In this document: one piece after another, positions 28,899 through 39,695 of the stretch
Layout of the letters: each line of letters starts with the position of its first letter
How positions within the stretch are numbered: the first letter of the stretch is position 1
From: Candidatus Atabeyarchaeum deiterrae
GTDB taxonomy: Archaea; Asgardarchaeota; Atabeyarchaeia; Atabeyarchaeales; Atabeyarchaeaceae
Reading direction: 5' to 3'
Length of the DNA stretch: 64,000 nucleotides
Assembly: GCA_037310415.1 (NCBI GenBank)
Contig: CP147780.1
Location: 320,001 to 384,000, forward strand
Made by a program: the position numbers and the translations under genes
Notes under the pieces: model-generated
Database searches by the model: none
Seen by the model: the letters and a program-made list of their open reading frames with translations, nothing else
What the model was told of the DNA's origin: nothing

Positions 28899-29948
28899 AT
28901 GAAGCGGAAGCAAGGGGGAGCCAGGGAAGGAAGGTACAGTAGACAACTACTCCTCGAAAACTGGAAACAGGAAAAGCTGACTGCATCAAAGGTTCTGGTT
29001 GTTGGGATCGGAGCTCTAGGAGCAGCTGCAGCAACAAATCTAGTTGCACTCGGCGTTGGCGAGATAACCCTAGTGGATTTCGATACCGTTGAGATTTCAA
29101 ATCTCAATAGACAGGTCCTCTTTAGGGAGAGCGACATAGGTAAAGCCAAAGTGACTGTTGCGGCAAAACATCTAAAAGAACTTAACTCGGACATCAAAAT
29201 CAACCAATATAACCAAGACATGCGAGTCTTGCCGAAGGGGGTATATGAATCACCAAAGGCAATTTTGGACTGCCTCGATTCCTTCGAAGACAAGAGATGG
29301 CTCAATTCAGTGTGTGTTGAACTTAAAAAGCCGCTGATTCACGGTGGAATGTACGGATGGTATGGCAACGTTCAAGTCGTGATCCCATTCAAAACTCCAT
29401 GCCTTGAATGCCAACCGCTAATCCCACCCGAGAGACTAGAAAAAGCATGCACACCACCAGGAAAGCGGAGAAGAGAGGAAGAGCAGGCAGCGGCGACATG
29501 GCAAAAGCAGAAGATAAAAAAAACCAAAATGCCTTCGATATCAACTGTCTCGACAATAATAGGAGGTCTGCAAGCCCAACAAACTCTGAAGCTCATAATG
29601 GGAGGAGAAGAGGCATCGCTGCAAAGCAACTATCTTTTCTACGATGGGAGAACTGAGTCAATCACCAAGCTTGAACTCCAAAGGAATCCTAACTGCATTG
29701 TTTGTGGAGAAAAATATGCCGTGAGAACTACTGAATATGCCATCGACAAAGATGAAGACATACGTTCGCTGAAAGACCGCCTGATCATGAGTTGGGGGCT
29801 CGTCGAGCCTATCAGAGCAATATTGAACGGGCAAATCCTTCAAGACAACAAAAAGATAGGTGAACTTCACTTGGGACAAGGCGACGCTCTCTACGTTTAT
29901 GATCGCTCAATGTATAAGCCCATGCGTCTCGCTTTGAAAGTACAGTAG
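28899..29948 (+). CDS. Ubiquitin-activating enzyme E1-like (ThiF + C-terminal Ubl-like domain)
   Basis: RYSRQ, GIGALG, SNLNRQ, PCLEC, ACT catalytic Cys, CIVC. Confidence 0.92.
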   Translation: MKRKQGGAREGRYSRQLLLENWKQEKLTASKVLVVGIGALGAAAATNLVALGVGEITLVDFDTVEISNLNRQVLFRESDIGKAKVTVAAKHLKELNSDIKINQYNQDMRVLPKGVYESPKAILDCLDSFEDKRWLNSVCVELKKPLIHGGMYGWYGNVQVVIPFKTPCLECQPLIPPERLEKACTPPGKRRREEEQAAATWQKQKIKKTKMPSISTVSTIIGGLQAQQTLKLIMGGEEASLQSNYLFYDGRTESITKLELQRNPNCIVCGEKYAVRTTEYAIDKDEDIRSLKDRLIMSWGLVEPIRAILNGQILQDNKKIGELHLGQGDALYVYDRSMYKPMRLALKVQ

Positions 29949-29975
29949 GTCAGGATTTTTGAAAATGTGTGCGCA

Positions 29976-30434
29976 CTACTGGGAGTCTTCTAACCAAAGC
30001 GGATCTTGGATTTCATCAATATCTATGCTCAGCCATTCTTTTTGAGAATCGAATAGCTGCTTCTCATCAGTCACCCTGATAAATGTAAGGGTCCTACAAG
30101 AAAAACAGTACACTTCGAAAGTCGAACCACCCCTAATCTCAAAATACTTCTGACCTCCATCGAGAATCTCACCTTTACTAATGTTGTTTATTATCGTTTC
30201 CCCCTTTGAGCAGGCGTGATTCCTGATTGTGTTATCTATTATTCCTGTGACCACAGATACTGCTGATTGAATTTCTCTGGCGTCCTCAAAGAAGAAGTTC
30301 CCAGAACAGACGCTGTACTTATTCTTTGTCCTTCGCAAGAGTTTTGGAGGCTCAAGCAACTTGTTTTTGTTCGTGGCTAGATATTCAAGAAGAGACTTGT
30401 ACAACTCATTCAACAAGGATTGCATAGTTCTCAA
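29976..30434 (-). CDS. Hypothetical protein
   Basis: 152-aa ORF fills the gap; CFSC motif. Confidence 0.55.
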   Translation of the reverse strand: MRTMQSLLNELYKSLLEYLATNKNKLLEPPKLLRRTKNKYSVCSGNFFFEDAREIQSAVSVVTGIIDNTIRNHACSKGETIINNISKGEILDGGQKYFEIRGGSTFEVYCFSCRTLTFIRVTDEKQLFDSQKEWLSIDIDEIQDPLWLEDSQ

Positions 30435-30497
30435 TATGCTATGGACAAGCTTATTTATATGGGGGCTTTTCTTGTTGGCAATGATCGCAGGGTGCTT

Positions 30498-31310
30498 GTG
30501 AAATTGTTGGGACTCAAGATCGCCGTTTCGGGGAAAGGTGGAGTAGGGAAGACAACAATTGCGGGAACACTGTCAAGGCTTTTTGCGAAGGACGGGAACA
30601 AGGTTCTGGGGGTAGACGCTGATCCAACCATGAACTTGTATACTGCAATAGGAATAGACAAGACGATCATGAGCAAGATTCACCCGATTAGCGAGATGGC
30701 CGACCTTATCGAGGAGAGAACAGGAGCGAAGCCTGGTACATCTGGGGGAATCTTCATAGTGAACCCCAAAGTGTCCGACATACCAGACAGATTTTCAGTT
30801 CAAGGCCCAGATGGGGTCAGACTCTTGGTGATGGGTTCGACTAAACCAGCAGGGACAGGATGTTTTTGTCCAGAAAATGCTATGATAAGAGCGTTGGTCT
30901 CGCACATAGTGCTGGACAGAGGGGAAATCGTAATAATGGATATGGAGGCAGGAGTTGAACATCTTACCCGAGGAACAGCAAGAAGTGTTGATCTCATGCT
31001 AATAGTTGTGGAGCCAGGGCAGAGGTCAATCGAGATCGCCGACACGATCAAGAGGCTCTCATCAAGTCTAGGAATCAAGAAGACTTGCTTGGTAGCGAAC
31101 AAAGTCAGAAGCAAGGATGAAGAGGATTTCCTCAACAAGTCTGCAAAGATCCTGCAAACGGATCTTATGGGTATGATCCACTACAGCGAAGCAGCTGCAT
31201 TGGCAGACAGGGAAGGGAGGGCGCTGATTGACATAGCGCCAGGCTCCTCAATCATGAAGGAAATTGCACAAGTGAAGACAAAGATAACAGAGGCATATCC
31301 ACCGGATTGA
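30498..31310 (+). CDS. cooC: CooC/AcsF nickel-insertion ATPase
   Basis: GKGGVGKTT, DADP, GCFCPEN, DMEAGVEH. Confidence 0.92.
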   Translation: MKLLGLKIAVSGKGGVGKTTIAGTLSRLFAKDGNKVLGVDADPTMNLYTAIGIDKTIMSKIHPISEMADLIEERTGAKPGTSGGIFIVNPKVSDIPDRFSVQGPDGVRLLVMGSTKPAGTGCFCPENAMIRALVSHIVLDRGEIVIMDMEAGVEHLTRGTARSVDLMLIVVEPGQRSIEIADTIKRLSSSLGIKKTCLVANKVRSKDEEDFLNKSAKILQTDLMGMIHYSEAAALADREGRALIDIAPGSSIMKEIAQVKTKITEAYPPD

Positions 31311-31363
31311 CAAAGGCGTGTTCTTGAACAAGTGGAAAAGAGATGCGTGGAAGGTCATGAACT

Positions 31364-32518
31364 GTGAGTGGAAAGACCGCTCTGATTTACAGTGATGATT
31401 TCATGAAATATGATTTTGGACCGACGCACCCATTGCGACCAATCAGGTTGAAGTTGATGTTCGAGCTGCTTAGGTCGATGGGCGTAATAAGCGGTCCTTT
31501 GGTCAGTGTCCATTTGCCTCGCGAAGCAACTGGGGAAGAACTCATGATGGTTCACAGCAAGGAATACATAGAGGAAGTCAAAGCGTTCAGCAGAACAGGG
31601 GTTGGCTACCTGGATCAGGGAGACACGCCTGCTTTCAAGGGAATACATGAGGCAACCGCAGTAGCTGTTGGCGGATCCATTGTTGCATCAGACCTTGTAA
31701 TGAGCGGAGAAGTGTCGCATGCTTTCAATCCAGCAGGCGGGTTGCATCATGCCGGGAAGGATCATGCAGCAGGATTCTGCGTATATAACGACATAGGAGT
31801 GGCCATAAAGCATGTTCAGAACAAATACGGGGCTAAGAAGGTGGCTGTGGTCGACCTTGATGTCCACCATGGCGACGGCACTCAACAGATCTTCTATAGC
31901 GATCCGAATGTGCTGATTGTTGACCTCCACGAGGACGGAGGATATTTGTATCCTGGAAGTGGATTCACGCGTGAAATGGGAGAAGGAGCAGGTCGAGGAT
32001 ACAAGGTAAATGTTCCACTCCCGCCCCTTACAGATTCAGAATGCTATCTTCACGCATTTGACGAGGTTGTCCCACCACTTCTGAGATCATTCAGCCCAGA
32101 GGTGATAGTGAACCAGTTTGGTGTTGATACACATTTCGATGACCCGCTTGCTCACCTGAGCTTGACCATGAGTTCTTATGGCGAACTGGCGTCAAGACTG
32201 CATTCTCTGGCTCATGAGATATGTTCTGGAAAATACGTGGTATTGGGCGGCGGGGGTTACAAGCCTGAGAGTGTTGCGATAGCGTGGTCAATCATGTTCA
32301 GCAAGATCAGTGGGATCAGGATACCAGAAAAGGTTCCAGAAAGATGGACAGACCTCTGCCGGGAAACTCTCAAAAGAGAACCGCCAAAATCATTTTCTGA
32401 CAGATACGAGTATTCCGGGAATAGTGTTAGACGTGAAAAAACAGCGCAGTTGGTTGATCAGAGAATTGCTGAGGTCAAGACAACAATCTTCCCGATTCAT
32501 GGCATTCAACCAAGGTAA
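31364..32518 (+). CDS. Class I HDAC/AcuC-family deacetylase
   Basis: HPLRPIR, GGLHHA, GFCVYND, DLDVHHGDG, GGGGY. Confidence 0.95.
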   Translation: MSGKTALIYSDDFMKYDFGPTHPLRPIRLKLMFELLRSMGVISGPLVSVHLPREATGEELMMVHSKEYIEEVKAFSRTGVGYLDQGDTPAFKGIHEATAVAVGGSIVASDLVMSGEVSHAFNPAGGLHHAGKDHAAGFCVYNDIGVAIKHVQNKYGAKKVAVVDLDVHHGDGTQQIFYSDPNVLIVDLHEDGGYLYPGSGFTREMGEGAGRGYKVNVPLPPLTDSECYLHAFDEVVPPLLRSFSPEVIVNQFGVDTHFDDPLAHLSLTMSSYGELASRLHSLAHEICSGKYVVLGGGGYKPESVAIAWSIMFSKISGIRIPEKVPERWTDLCRETLKREPPKSFSDRYEYSGNSVRREKTAQLVDQRIAEVKTTIFPIHGIQPR

Positions 32519-32662
32519 AGCTGTTTTCGCTGAGTTACCCACTTTGTCTTGTGGGCTCTGTTGTACAATAGATATGATTATTAACACTCGTTTGATTAGA
32601 TAAAGCTAAAGATTCCGCACGCTTTGTCTGCGGAGTCCAGTATGCGAGCTATGAGGTTCTGA

Positions 32663-35404
32663 TTGAGTTTGACGAAAGATGCTCCAACCTTGGACAGTTA
32701 TTTCAAGTCAGACACAAATGTAAAACAGGAGCGAACTCCAAGGGGACGAAAGGAACTTGATAGGAAACCGAGTAGACAGGAAGAAGAACTGGGTGAAGAA
32801 CCTTCAGAAGAAGATGCTAGCATTGTACAAGCGGAGGAAGAAGAATCTGAGATTGAACCTGAGGGAATCACGGGAGAAAGATACGTTGCCGATAACACGC
32901 CACCATCTATTCTCCTATCAGTCAGGTACGATGGTGGTTCAGGAAAAGCATTCGCGAAACTGTATGACCCTGAGAAACAACAGCTTTACTTCTGGTATGA
33001 TAACACAGGTCACCTTCCTTATTGCTTCACGGACATAACCCCAGAGGAGATCAAAAGAAGATACCTTGCTGTTGCCAACCACCCAGGATTAAGGAATCTT
33101 GAGTCTGTTGAGAAATATGATCTCCTGTCAGACAGGAAGGTTAGAATGACCAAGATCACGGCTACAGATCCTTTGGCCATAGGGGGGAGGAACGATTCGA
33201 TCAGAGAACTCATACCCGACAACGTTTGGGAGGCGAAGATTCCCTACCATATATGCTACATATATGATCGAGGGCTAACCCCAGGAATGCCGTATCAGAT
33301 CAAAGAAGGAAAACTCCTTCCAACCCCAAGCAAGATACCGCAGGACCTGATGCATGATTTCTCAGACATATTTCAGAACGAGCCCAAAGAGTTCAGGGAG
33401 TTGTTGCCTCGTCTGCTGCCATATTTCATAGAGAGAACTCCTGACATTAGAAGAGTTGCGGTTGACATAGAGGTCTTGAACCCAATAGTCGATCGCATAC
33501 CCGACGCCACCACTGCAGAGCACAGAGTATTTGCAGTGTCTTTGGCATCAAATGATGGATTGAAAGAAGTATACCTGCTAAGAATTAACGGGGAAGGCAA
33601 GAACTATCAAGACCTGAACGAATCGTCCGCCAATCGTGAATTCAAGGTGAGTCTCTTTGACGATGAGAAGGATCTACTCAAGAAGACCTTTGAAATTCTG
33701 GACGACTACCCTGTTGTTGTGACTTTCAACGGGGACTTATTTGACCTGCGTTACCTTGCGCATAGGGCTCATAGACTGAACATAGACTCCAATGAGATTC
33801 CTATTATTCTTACAAAAGATAGAGCAACCGTGAAGTATGGAGAACATATTGATCTCTATAGATTCTTCTTCAACCGTTCAATTCAAGTGTACGCTTTTTC
33901 CAACAAGTATCGAGACATATCACTGGACACAATATCTCGAACGCTAGTTGGACTAGAAAAAGTAAAGCTCACAAAGAACTTTGTTCAGCTCTCGCCCTCG
34001 GAACTGTCTGAGTATTCTTGGCAAGATGCCAAGATAACATTTGAGTTGACGCGATTCAGCGGAAACATCGTCCTCAACCTCATACTCCTAATCATGCGCT
34101 TGTCCCACTTGCCGATAGAAGACGTGACTAGACAAGCTGTCTCGGCCTGGATAAGGAGTCTTTTCTATTTCGAACACCGTCAAGCAGGATACCTAATTCC
34201 AAGACCGCAGGACATATCCAAGTCAAAAGGACAAGTCGACACTAAAGCCATGATTAAGGGAAAGAAGTACATGGGAGCGATTGTAGTTGCCCCACATAAG
34301 GGAGTCCATTTCAATGTGGCGGTACTCGATTTCGCATCTCTGTACCCAAGTATTATCAAAACCAGAAACCTGAGCTACGAGACTGTAAGATGCCATCATC
34401 CAGAATGTCAGACAAACAAGGTTCCGGAAACAACACACTGGGTTTGCTCGAAGAAACGAGGAATATCATCACTTTTGATCGGATTCTTCCGCGATGTAAG
34501 GGTGAAATGGTTCAAGAACAAAGCCAAAGACAAGAACTTGAACAAGGATGAGAGAAGTCTCTACGACGCAGTATCGCAAGCATTGAAGGTCTTCTTAAAT
34601 GCCAGCTACGGAGTCTTTGGAGCTGAGACATTTCCACTTTACTGCCCTCCAGTAGCTGAAAGCACCACGGCTGTTGGCAGATATGCTATAATGCAGACCA
34701 TCAACAAGGCGAAAGACATGGGAGTCGAAGTCATATACGGAGACACTGATAGCGTCTTTCTCAAGAATCCCAGCGAGGCCCAAATCAGCGAACTCTTCAA
34801 ATGGAGCAACAACACCCTTGGCATAGAACTTGAGTTGGACAAGAGGTACAGGTATCTCGCTTTGAGTGAAAGAAAGAAGAACTACTTGGGAGTCTATGAA
34901 GATGGAACGGTTGACATAAAAGGACTGACAGGGAAGAAAAGAAACACACCTGATTTTCTTAGACAGGCATTTCGAGAAATGGTTCAAGCCTTGGCACAGG
35001 TTCAATCACCGCAAGACTTCGATGAAGCTCGTCGCAGAATCAAAGAAATTGCACGCACATGCTATAGGAAACTCGAAAAGCATGAATACTCACTTGAGGA
35101 TTTGGCCTTTCGCATTGAATTAACCAAGGAGCTAGATGCGTACAAGAAGACAATGCCACAACATGTGAAGGCAGCCAACCAATTGAAACAAGCCGGAGTC
35201 GAAGTCAGGGCAGGAGACATAATCTATTTTGTGAAAGTCAAGGGACCCACAGGAGTGAGACCTGTCAAACAAGCGAGTGTCAATGACATCGACGTGGATA
35301 AATACAAAGATGCTATTCAAAGTACATTTGAACAAGTCTTGGATGCCTTAGGCATCGAATTCCATGAAATAATGGGTCTTACTCGAATTGATGCATTTTA
35401 CTAG
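32663..35404 (+). CDS. polB1: Family B DNA polymerase (PolB1 type)
   Basis: DIEV, FNGDLFD, DFASLYPS, K...NASYG, YGDTDS; PolB1-type N-terminus; no intein. Confidence 0.95.
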   Translation: MSLTKDAPTLDSYFKSDTNVKQERTPRGRKELDRKPSRQEEELGEEPSEEDASIVQAEEEESEIEPEGITGERYVADNTPPSILLSVRYDGGSGKAFAKLYDPEKQQLYFWYDNTGHLPYCFTDITPEEIKRRYLAVANHPGLRNLESVEKYDLLSDRKVRMTKITATDPLAIGGRNDSIRELIPDNVWEAKIPYHICYIYDRGLTPGMPYQIKEGKLLPTPSKIPQDLMHDFSDIFQNEPKEFRELLPRLLPYFIERTPDIRRVAVDIEVLNPIVDRIPDATTAEHRVFAVSLASNDGLKEVYLLRINGEGKNYQDLNESSANREFKVSLFDDEKDLLKKTFEILDDYPVVVTFNGDLFDLRYLAHRAHRLNIDSNEIPIILTKDRATVKYGEHIDLYRFFFNRSIQVYAFSNKYRDISLDTISRTLVGLEKVKLTKNFVQLSPSELSEYSWQDAKITFELTRFSGNIVLNLILLIMRLSHLPIEDVTRQAVSAWIRSLFYFEHRQAGYLIPRPQDISKSKGQVDTKAMIKGKKYMGAIVVAPHKGVHFNVAVLDFASLYPSIIKTRNLSYETVRCHHPECQTNKVPETTHWVCSKKRGISSLLIGFFRDVRVKWFKNKAKDKNLNKDERSLYDAVSQALKVFLNASYGVFGAETFPLYCPPVAESTTAVGRYAIMQTINKAKDMGVEVIYGDTDSVFLKNPSEAQISELFKWSNNTLGIELELDKRYRYLALSERKKNYLGVYEDGTVDIKGLTGKKRNTPDFLRQAFREMVQALAQVQSPQDFDEARRRIKEIARTCYRKLEKHEYSLEDLAFRIELTKELDAYKKTMPQHVKAANQLKQAGVEVRAGDIIYFVKVKGPTGVRPVKQASVNDIDVDKYKDAIQSTFEQVLDALGIEFHEIMGLTRIDAFY

Positions 35405-35428
35405 CAGGCGAATCAGTTCCTGTTTGTG

Positions 35429-36202
35429 CTAAGCTACGCTTTCACCACAATTGGGGCAGAATCTGGCTCCCGATGGTATCTGGCCCCTGCAGTGAATACA
35501 ACGATCTATTGTCTCGTCTTTTCCTGATCGACAATCGTCTCGAGCACTCAAGGCCAGGGGAATGCCACTTGATGGGAGCCAACCTGGCGACTTATCTCTT
35601 CTCTCTTCCCCACCATATGATGTCCCAACGTCTCTTTTCGAGGGTTCTCCGAAAACATAGCTCAGCTCAGCTGTGCCGGATGATCTGTCTTCTTGAGAAG
35701 AAGAGTCTGAGGAGTCGGCAATAACATATCCTCTTGAGGACTCCCAATGACGGGCACCACCTTCAGCCCTGTGAAAATGAGTGGGATCGGAACTTCTTTC
35801 CTCGTGCATATCTGCTATGCTGTGATATGCAAGCATCTGGTTCTTAAGTGAAGAAGAGTCGATAATCTTCTTGGACACATCTAAGAACATCTGGTGGCAG
35901 ATTGACTTAATTCGCTCGTAATCTTCTGTGCTCAAACCTAGAAGTTCAAGTGCACCGTCTCTGTCCATGCATTTGTTGTCTAGGCTGCAGCAATATGCAA
36001 GAGAACCAAAGCAGGTTCGCAGCATCGCCATTTCCTGAACACTCTTTGAGATAGGTTGAATTCTGCTGTTCCCGATTAAGAGAGAGGTTCCTTCTACCCT
36101 CATGTCCACATATGCGGTACCAAGCAGGGTGTCGATGACTTTCTGAGCATCATACGCTCTACCATTGATGATTATGACACCTTTGGCTGAACTTACCTCC
36201 AA
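35429..36202 (-). CDS. Cys-rich (methanogenesis-marker-9-like motif) + zinc-ribbon protein
   Basis: TCFGSLAYCC....C..RD.AL..LGLS..DY..IK; C-terminal CIHC...CPNCG. Confidence 0.7.
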   Translation of the reverse strand: MEVSSAKGVIIINGRAYDAQKVIDTLLGTAYVDMRVEGTSLLIGNSRIQPISKSVQEMAMLRTCFGSLAYCCSLDNKCMDRDGALELLGLSTEDYERIKSICHQMFLDVSKKIIDSSSLKNQMLAYHSIADMHEERSSDPTHFHRAEGGARHWESSRGYVIADSSDSSSQEDRSSGTAELSYVFGEPSKRDVGTSYGGEERRDKSPGWLPSSGIPLALSARDDCRSGKDETIDRCIHCRGQIPSGARFCPNCGESVA

Positions 36203-36409
36203 TCAAAGGACACCTCCCGACATTGATGAAGGATGACGATCGGAATGATCTATTCCAATAGACGAATAAGCGCTCTGCTAGATTATGAAACTTGGTAATA
36301 CTTAGAGAAGATCAGGGGAACATCAGTGCTTTGGTTGGATACTAAGTATCCTAAAACATGGATATTTGACCGAGGACAGTATTATCCTCACCTTTGTATG
36401 TGAACCATT

Positions 36410-36586
36410 CTATTCTAAAGCGCCACTTATGTCTTCGCCTGCGATTTCAGATTCAGGAAACTCATTGCCACAGAAAGGGCATTTCACGTACTTGCATCCG
36501 TACGTTGATGAGGGGCATCCTCTACATCCGAATGTTCTTCCGTAAGAGAGAGCAAAGCTTCGGCGACATTTTGGACAGACAACCAT
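36410..36586 (-). CDS. Small Cys-rich zinc-binding protein
   Basis: CPKC, CRGC, C, CPFC within 58 aa. Confidence 0.7.
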   Translation of the reverse strand: MVVCPKCRRSFALSYGRTFGCRGCPSSTYGCKYVKCPFCGNEFPESEIAGEDISGALE

Positions 36587-36695
36587 AATTGATTCCTCGC
36601 TTCGACAGAAGAGTTGGAGAAGATAAAAGTATTTCTCACATTCAATTGCTAGTACCACTCAAGGTCGAGATCACGTCAGACATTTTGCTATCTTC

Positions 36696-39695
36696 TTAGC
36701 CTTCGATGTATATCGAGGGGCGATACGGCTGCGCCAAGGAAGCCTTCTTGGATGGGTCATAGATGTTCCTGTCCTCGGAATCAAAGATCTTGATCTGTGC
36801 TGAGAACTGATTTCTGATTAACATTCTCTCATCTTCGAGTACTTCTCTTTCATCAATCCTTGATCCGAGTCTTCTTTCGATCATATTTCTTGGCATGGTC
36901 TTAATCGTATTAAACACAACTTCAGTAAATTTCGCTATTGCCTTTTCCCTGCCTTTGGCAAATGGCTTCGACATGGCAGTCTTGATTATTGAGCTAACAT
37001 TCGCCGTTTGGTCCTGCAAGACTATTTCCAAGATTAGTCTGTATAAGTCGTACTTCCACTTTGGGGACGTGTAGTAGATGAGCGTCTTTGGCTTAATATT
37101 GGTGACCTTAATTATCTCTCTCGTATCTTCTAGGATCTTCATTGTGTATGTCTCTCGCTCCTCGGCTTCAATATCTAGTAGCTTCTCATCAGGCGACGGC
37201 CAGATGGCCATGGATACAAAGCCTCGTCCACCAGATTTCTCCCATGCTTCTTCGCAAACATGTGGTGCAATTGGTGTCAATAGCCGGATCCATGTGTCTA
37301 CGACTTTCAGTAAGACGAAGGTTTTGGCGGTGTCTCGATTGTTTCTGCTTTCGTCTGCGTGACTTTCCTCAGCGCTAGTCCTTCTTAGGTACCAGTTCAG
37401 CTCCAAATCTAACAAGTAGAATGATTGTTGTATTGCTTCCCTTATTTCGCATTCTTCCATGGCTTTTGTTGCCTGAAGGATTCGGTTTTGAAGGACCGAT
37501 AGCATCCACTTGTCTATGCTTGTCAGTGCAGGCACGGGCTCACCTACATTCTTATGATGCACCGTTCTCTTCGATCCTACCTCCCTCACGAAATCATGGA
37601 ACTTCTCCAATCTCTGACGGATCGTCTCTGCAAGCGAGTCGCTGAAGTTTGCATCGGAGAGAAGCTCAGCTGAACCTAGCACGGCGATCTTTATGGTGTC
37701 TGCTCCATAGCGTTTCACGGCGTCACGTATTGGGATGGTGTTGCCTATTGATTTGCTCATCTTCTTGCCTTCCATCAACACCATTCCGTTATTCACAGTT
37801 TGCTTTGGCCAGAGCTCCTTTGGGAAGATCGCTACGTGATTGAAAATGAAGAACGTTAAATGGTTTGGTATAAGCTCTCTTGCGGAGTGCCTTGAATCTA
37901 AAGGGTACCAGTAAAGAAACTCTTTCCTCATGGATTTCAGCGTATCTTTCGATAGACCGTCTTTGTTGGTAAGCTTACTTGGGTCACCTTGACCCAAGAA
38001 TATGTAGTCAAAGACTGAGTCACTGAACTGTTCTGCCCTCAAACCCAATTCATTTATGTACTTCGCTATTGTGTAGTACGCCATGTATATTGTTGAATCG
38101 GAGAGGCTTTCAATTGTCCAACCAGGAGCTTGTGGCAGGCTGGTGCCTAAACCAGACTGTCTAGCGCATGCACGGAACTTCAACCATTCTATGACGTTTC
38201 TATATTCCTGTCGCAGGTCTTCTGGTATTATTCGCATTCTTTCTAGATGCTGAGAGACTCTTTTCTTCCATTCCGAGTCCCCATAGTTGATGAACCATTG
38301 GTTTTCTAGAAGTTTGACGACACACTCAGTGCCGCATCTGCAGCGCACAGGGCTATTTGTCAATTCGTAGAACTTCTCTGCAGTTCCTTTGTGTTCGAGG
38401 TCGGCTTTGACCTGATCTTTTGCCTTTGAGACTTTCGTTCCAGCATATTTGCCAGTGCTCTCTTTCATTATTCCTTCATTGAACTCTTTCAGGTACAATT
38501 CTTTGGTCGCGTCTTCAGCTTTCGGGTCACTTTGGGATTCTATCCTCATACGATCAACTACATCGCCAGCCGGTATGTTCGAGTAACCTTCGATCTTTAC
38601 GATTGAGACAGGGGAGATGCTGTTGATCTTCGAAGCCTCAAGTCCGTATTTGGACAGTTGTTCTGCAATCTCAGGTTTCTTGAGATCTCTCAGAGCCAAG
38701 TAATCATAAGGTGCGTGTCCGGGGACGCTCATTACTAATCCTGTTCCAGTCTTGGGGTCAACGAATGATGCGGGTAGCACAAGATTCTCCTGGCCAGTTT
38801 CAGGATTGACGACAGATTTGCCAATTAACTTGCTTCCAGATATCGTCTCATTAGCTGAGAAATTGATCTTCTTAGCCTGGTACTTCAACTTCTCAAAGCA
38901 TTCTTGTGAGGCGACCCATTTTTCTCCGTCAACCTTGGCAATGACATACTCAACATCAGGATTTATCCAAAGATTGGTTACACCGTATACGGTCTCTGGG
39001 CGATATGTTACAACAGGGAACACCAATCCGTCTTCCGTTCTGAACTTCAATAGTGTGACTTCTGTTATCTCTGGTTCTACATCGCCTTGAGTGTCATGCA
39101 TCCCGACCGGGTTATTGTCAGAAGGGCACCACCCAACAGGATGTGTTCCTTGAACAAGGTAACCTTTGCAGCTCAGCTTCCTGAATTGCCATTGAATGAA
39201 TTTACTATAGATTGGATCTATTGTTGTGAATTCTCGTCTCCAGTCTATCGAGTACCCCATTTCCTTCATTCCGAGCTTCAGTTCGTTATGGAAGTATTTG
39301 GCAAGAGTCAAAGGATCGTTAAAAGCCTTTATAGTGTCAAGTGGAATCTTGTAGTCCTTCTGGAACTCGTTTATTAACTCTTGGTCTTTCTTCGCAACTC
39401 TTCTTGCCATGGCTAATATTGGCGTTCCAGTGTAGTGGAAACCCTGTGGATAGAGAACATTGAATCCTCTCATTCTCTTGTACCGAGCATAGACATCTGT
39501 CAACCCGTAGGTTCTTCCGTGACCAATATGCTGAGGAGAGTTGACGTACGGATACGCGACTGTTACGAAGAACTTTGGTTTTGACGAATCCACATCAGCT
39601 TCGAAGATTCTTGCTTCTTCCCATCTCTTCTGCCATTTCGCCTCTATCTTATTGAAATCGAGGTGTTGTGCCGCCATTACAGACACGACCTTCAA
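36696..39695 (-). CDS. leuS: Leucyl-tRNA synthetase
   Basis: YPYVN..HIGH, GTGLVMSVPGHAPYD, SLSDSTIY, KMSKS. Confidence 0.97.
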   Translation of the reverse strand: MKVVSVMAAQHLDFNKIEAKWQKRWEEARIFEADVDSSKPKFFVTVAYPYVNSPQHIGHGRTYGLTDVYARYKRMRGFNVLYPQGFHYTGTPILAMARRVAKKDQELINEFQKDYKIPLDTIKAFNDPLTLAKYFHNELKLGMKEMGYSIDWRREFTTIDPIYSKFIQWQFRKLSCKGYLVQGTHPVGWCPSDNNPVGMHDTQGDVEPEITEVTLLKFRTEDGLVFPVVTYRPETVYGVTNLWINPDVEYVIAKVDGEKWVASQECFEKLKYQAKKINFSANETISGSKLIGKSVVNPETGQENLVLPASFVDPKTGTGLVMSVPGHAPYDYLALRDLKKPEIAEQLSKYGLEASKINSISPVSIVKIEGYSNIPAGDVVDRMRIESQSDPKAEDATKELYLKEFNEGIMKESTGKYAGTKVSKAKDQVKADLEHKGTAEKFYELTNSPVRCRCGTECVVKLLENQWFINYGDSEWKKRVSQHLERMRIIPEDLRQEYRNVIEWLKFRACARQSGLGTSLPQAPGWTIESLSDSTIYMAYYTIAKYINELGLRAEQFSDSVFDYIFLGQGDPSKLTNKDGLSKDTLKSMRKEFLYWYPLDSRHSARELIPNHLTFFIFNHVAIFPKELWPKQTVNNGMVLMEGKKMSKSIGNTIPIRDAVKRYGADTIKIAVLGSAELLSDANFSDSLAETIRQRLEKFHDFVREVGSKRTVHHKNVGEPVPALTSIDKWMLSVLQNRILQATKAMEECEIREAIQQSFYLLDLELNWYLRRTSAEESHADESRNNRDTAKTFVLLKVVDTWIRLLTPIAPHVCEEAWEKSGGRGFVSMAIWPSPDEKLLDIEAEERETYTMKILEDTREIIKVTNIKPKTLIYYTSPKWKYDLYRLILEIVLQDQTANVSSIIKTAMSKPFAKGREKAIAKFTEVVFNTIKTMPRNMIERRLGSRIDEREVLEDERMLIRNQFSAQIKIFDSEDRNIYDPSKKASLAQPYRPSIYIEG

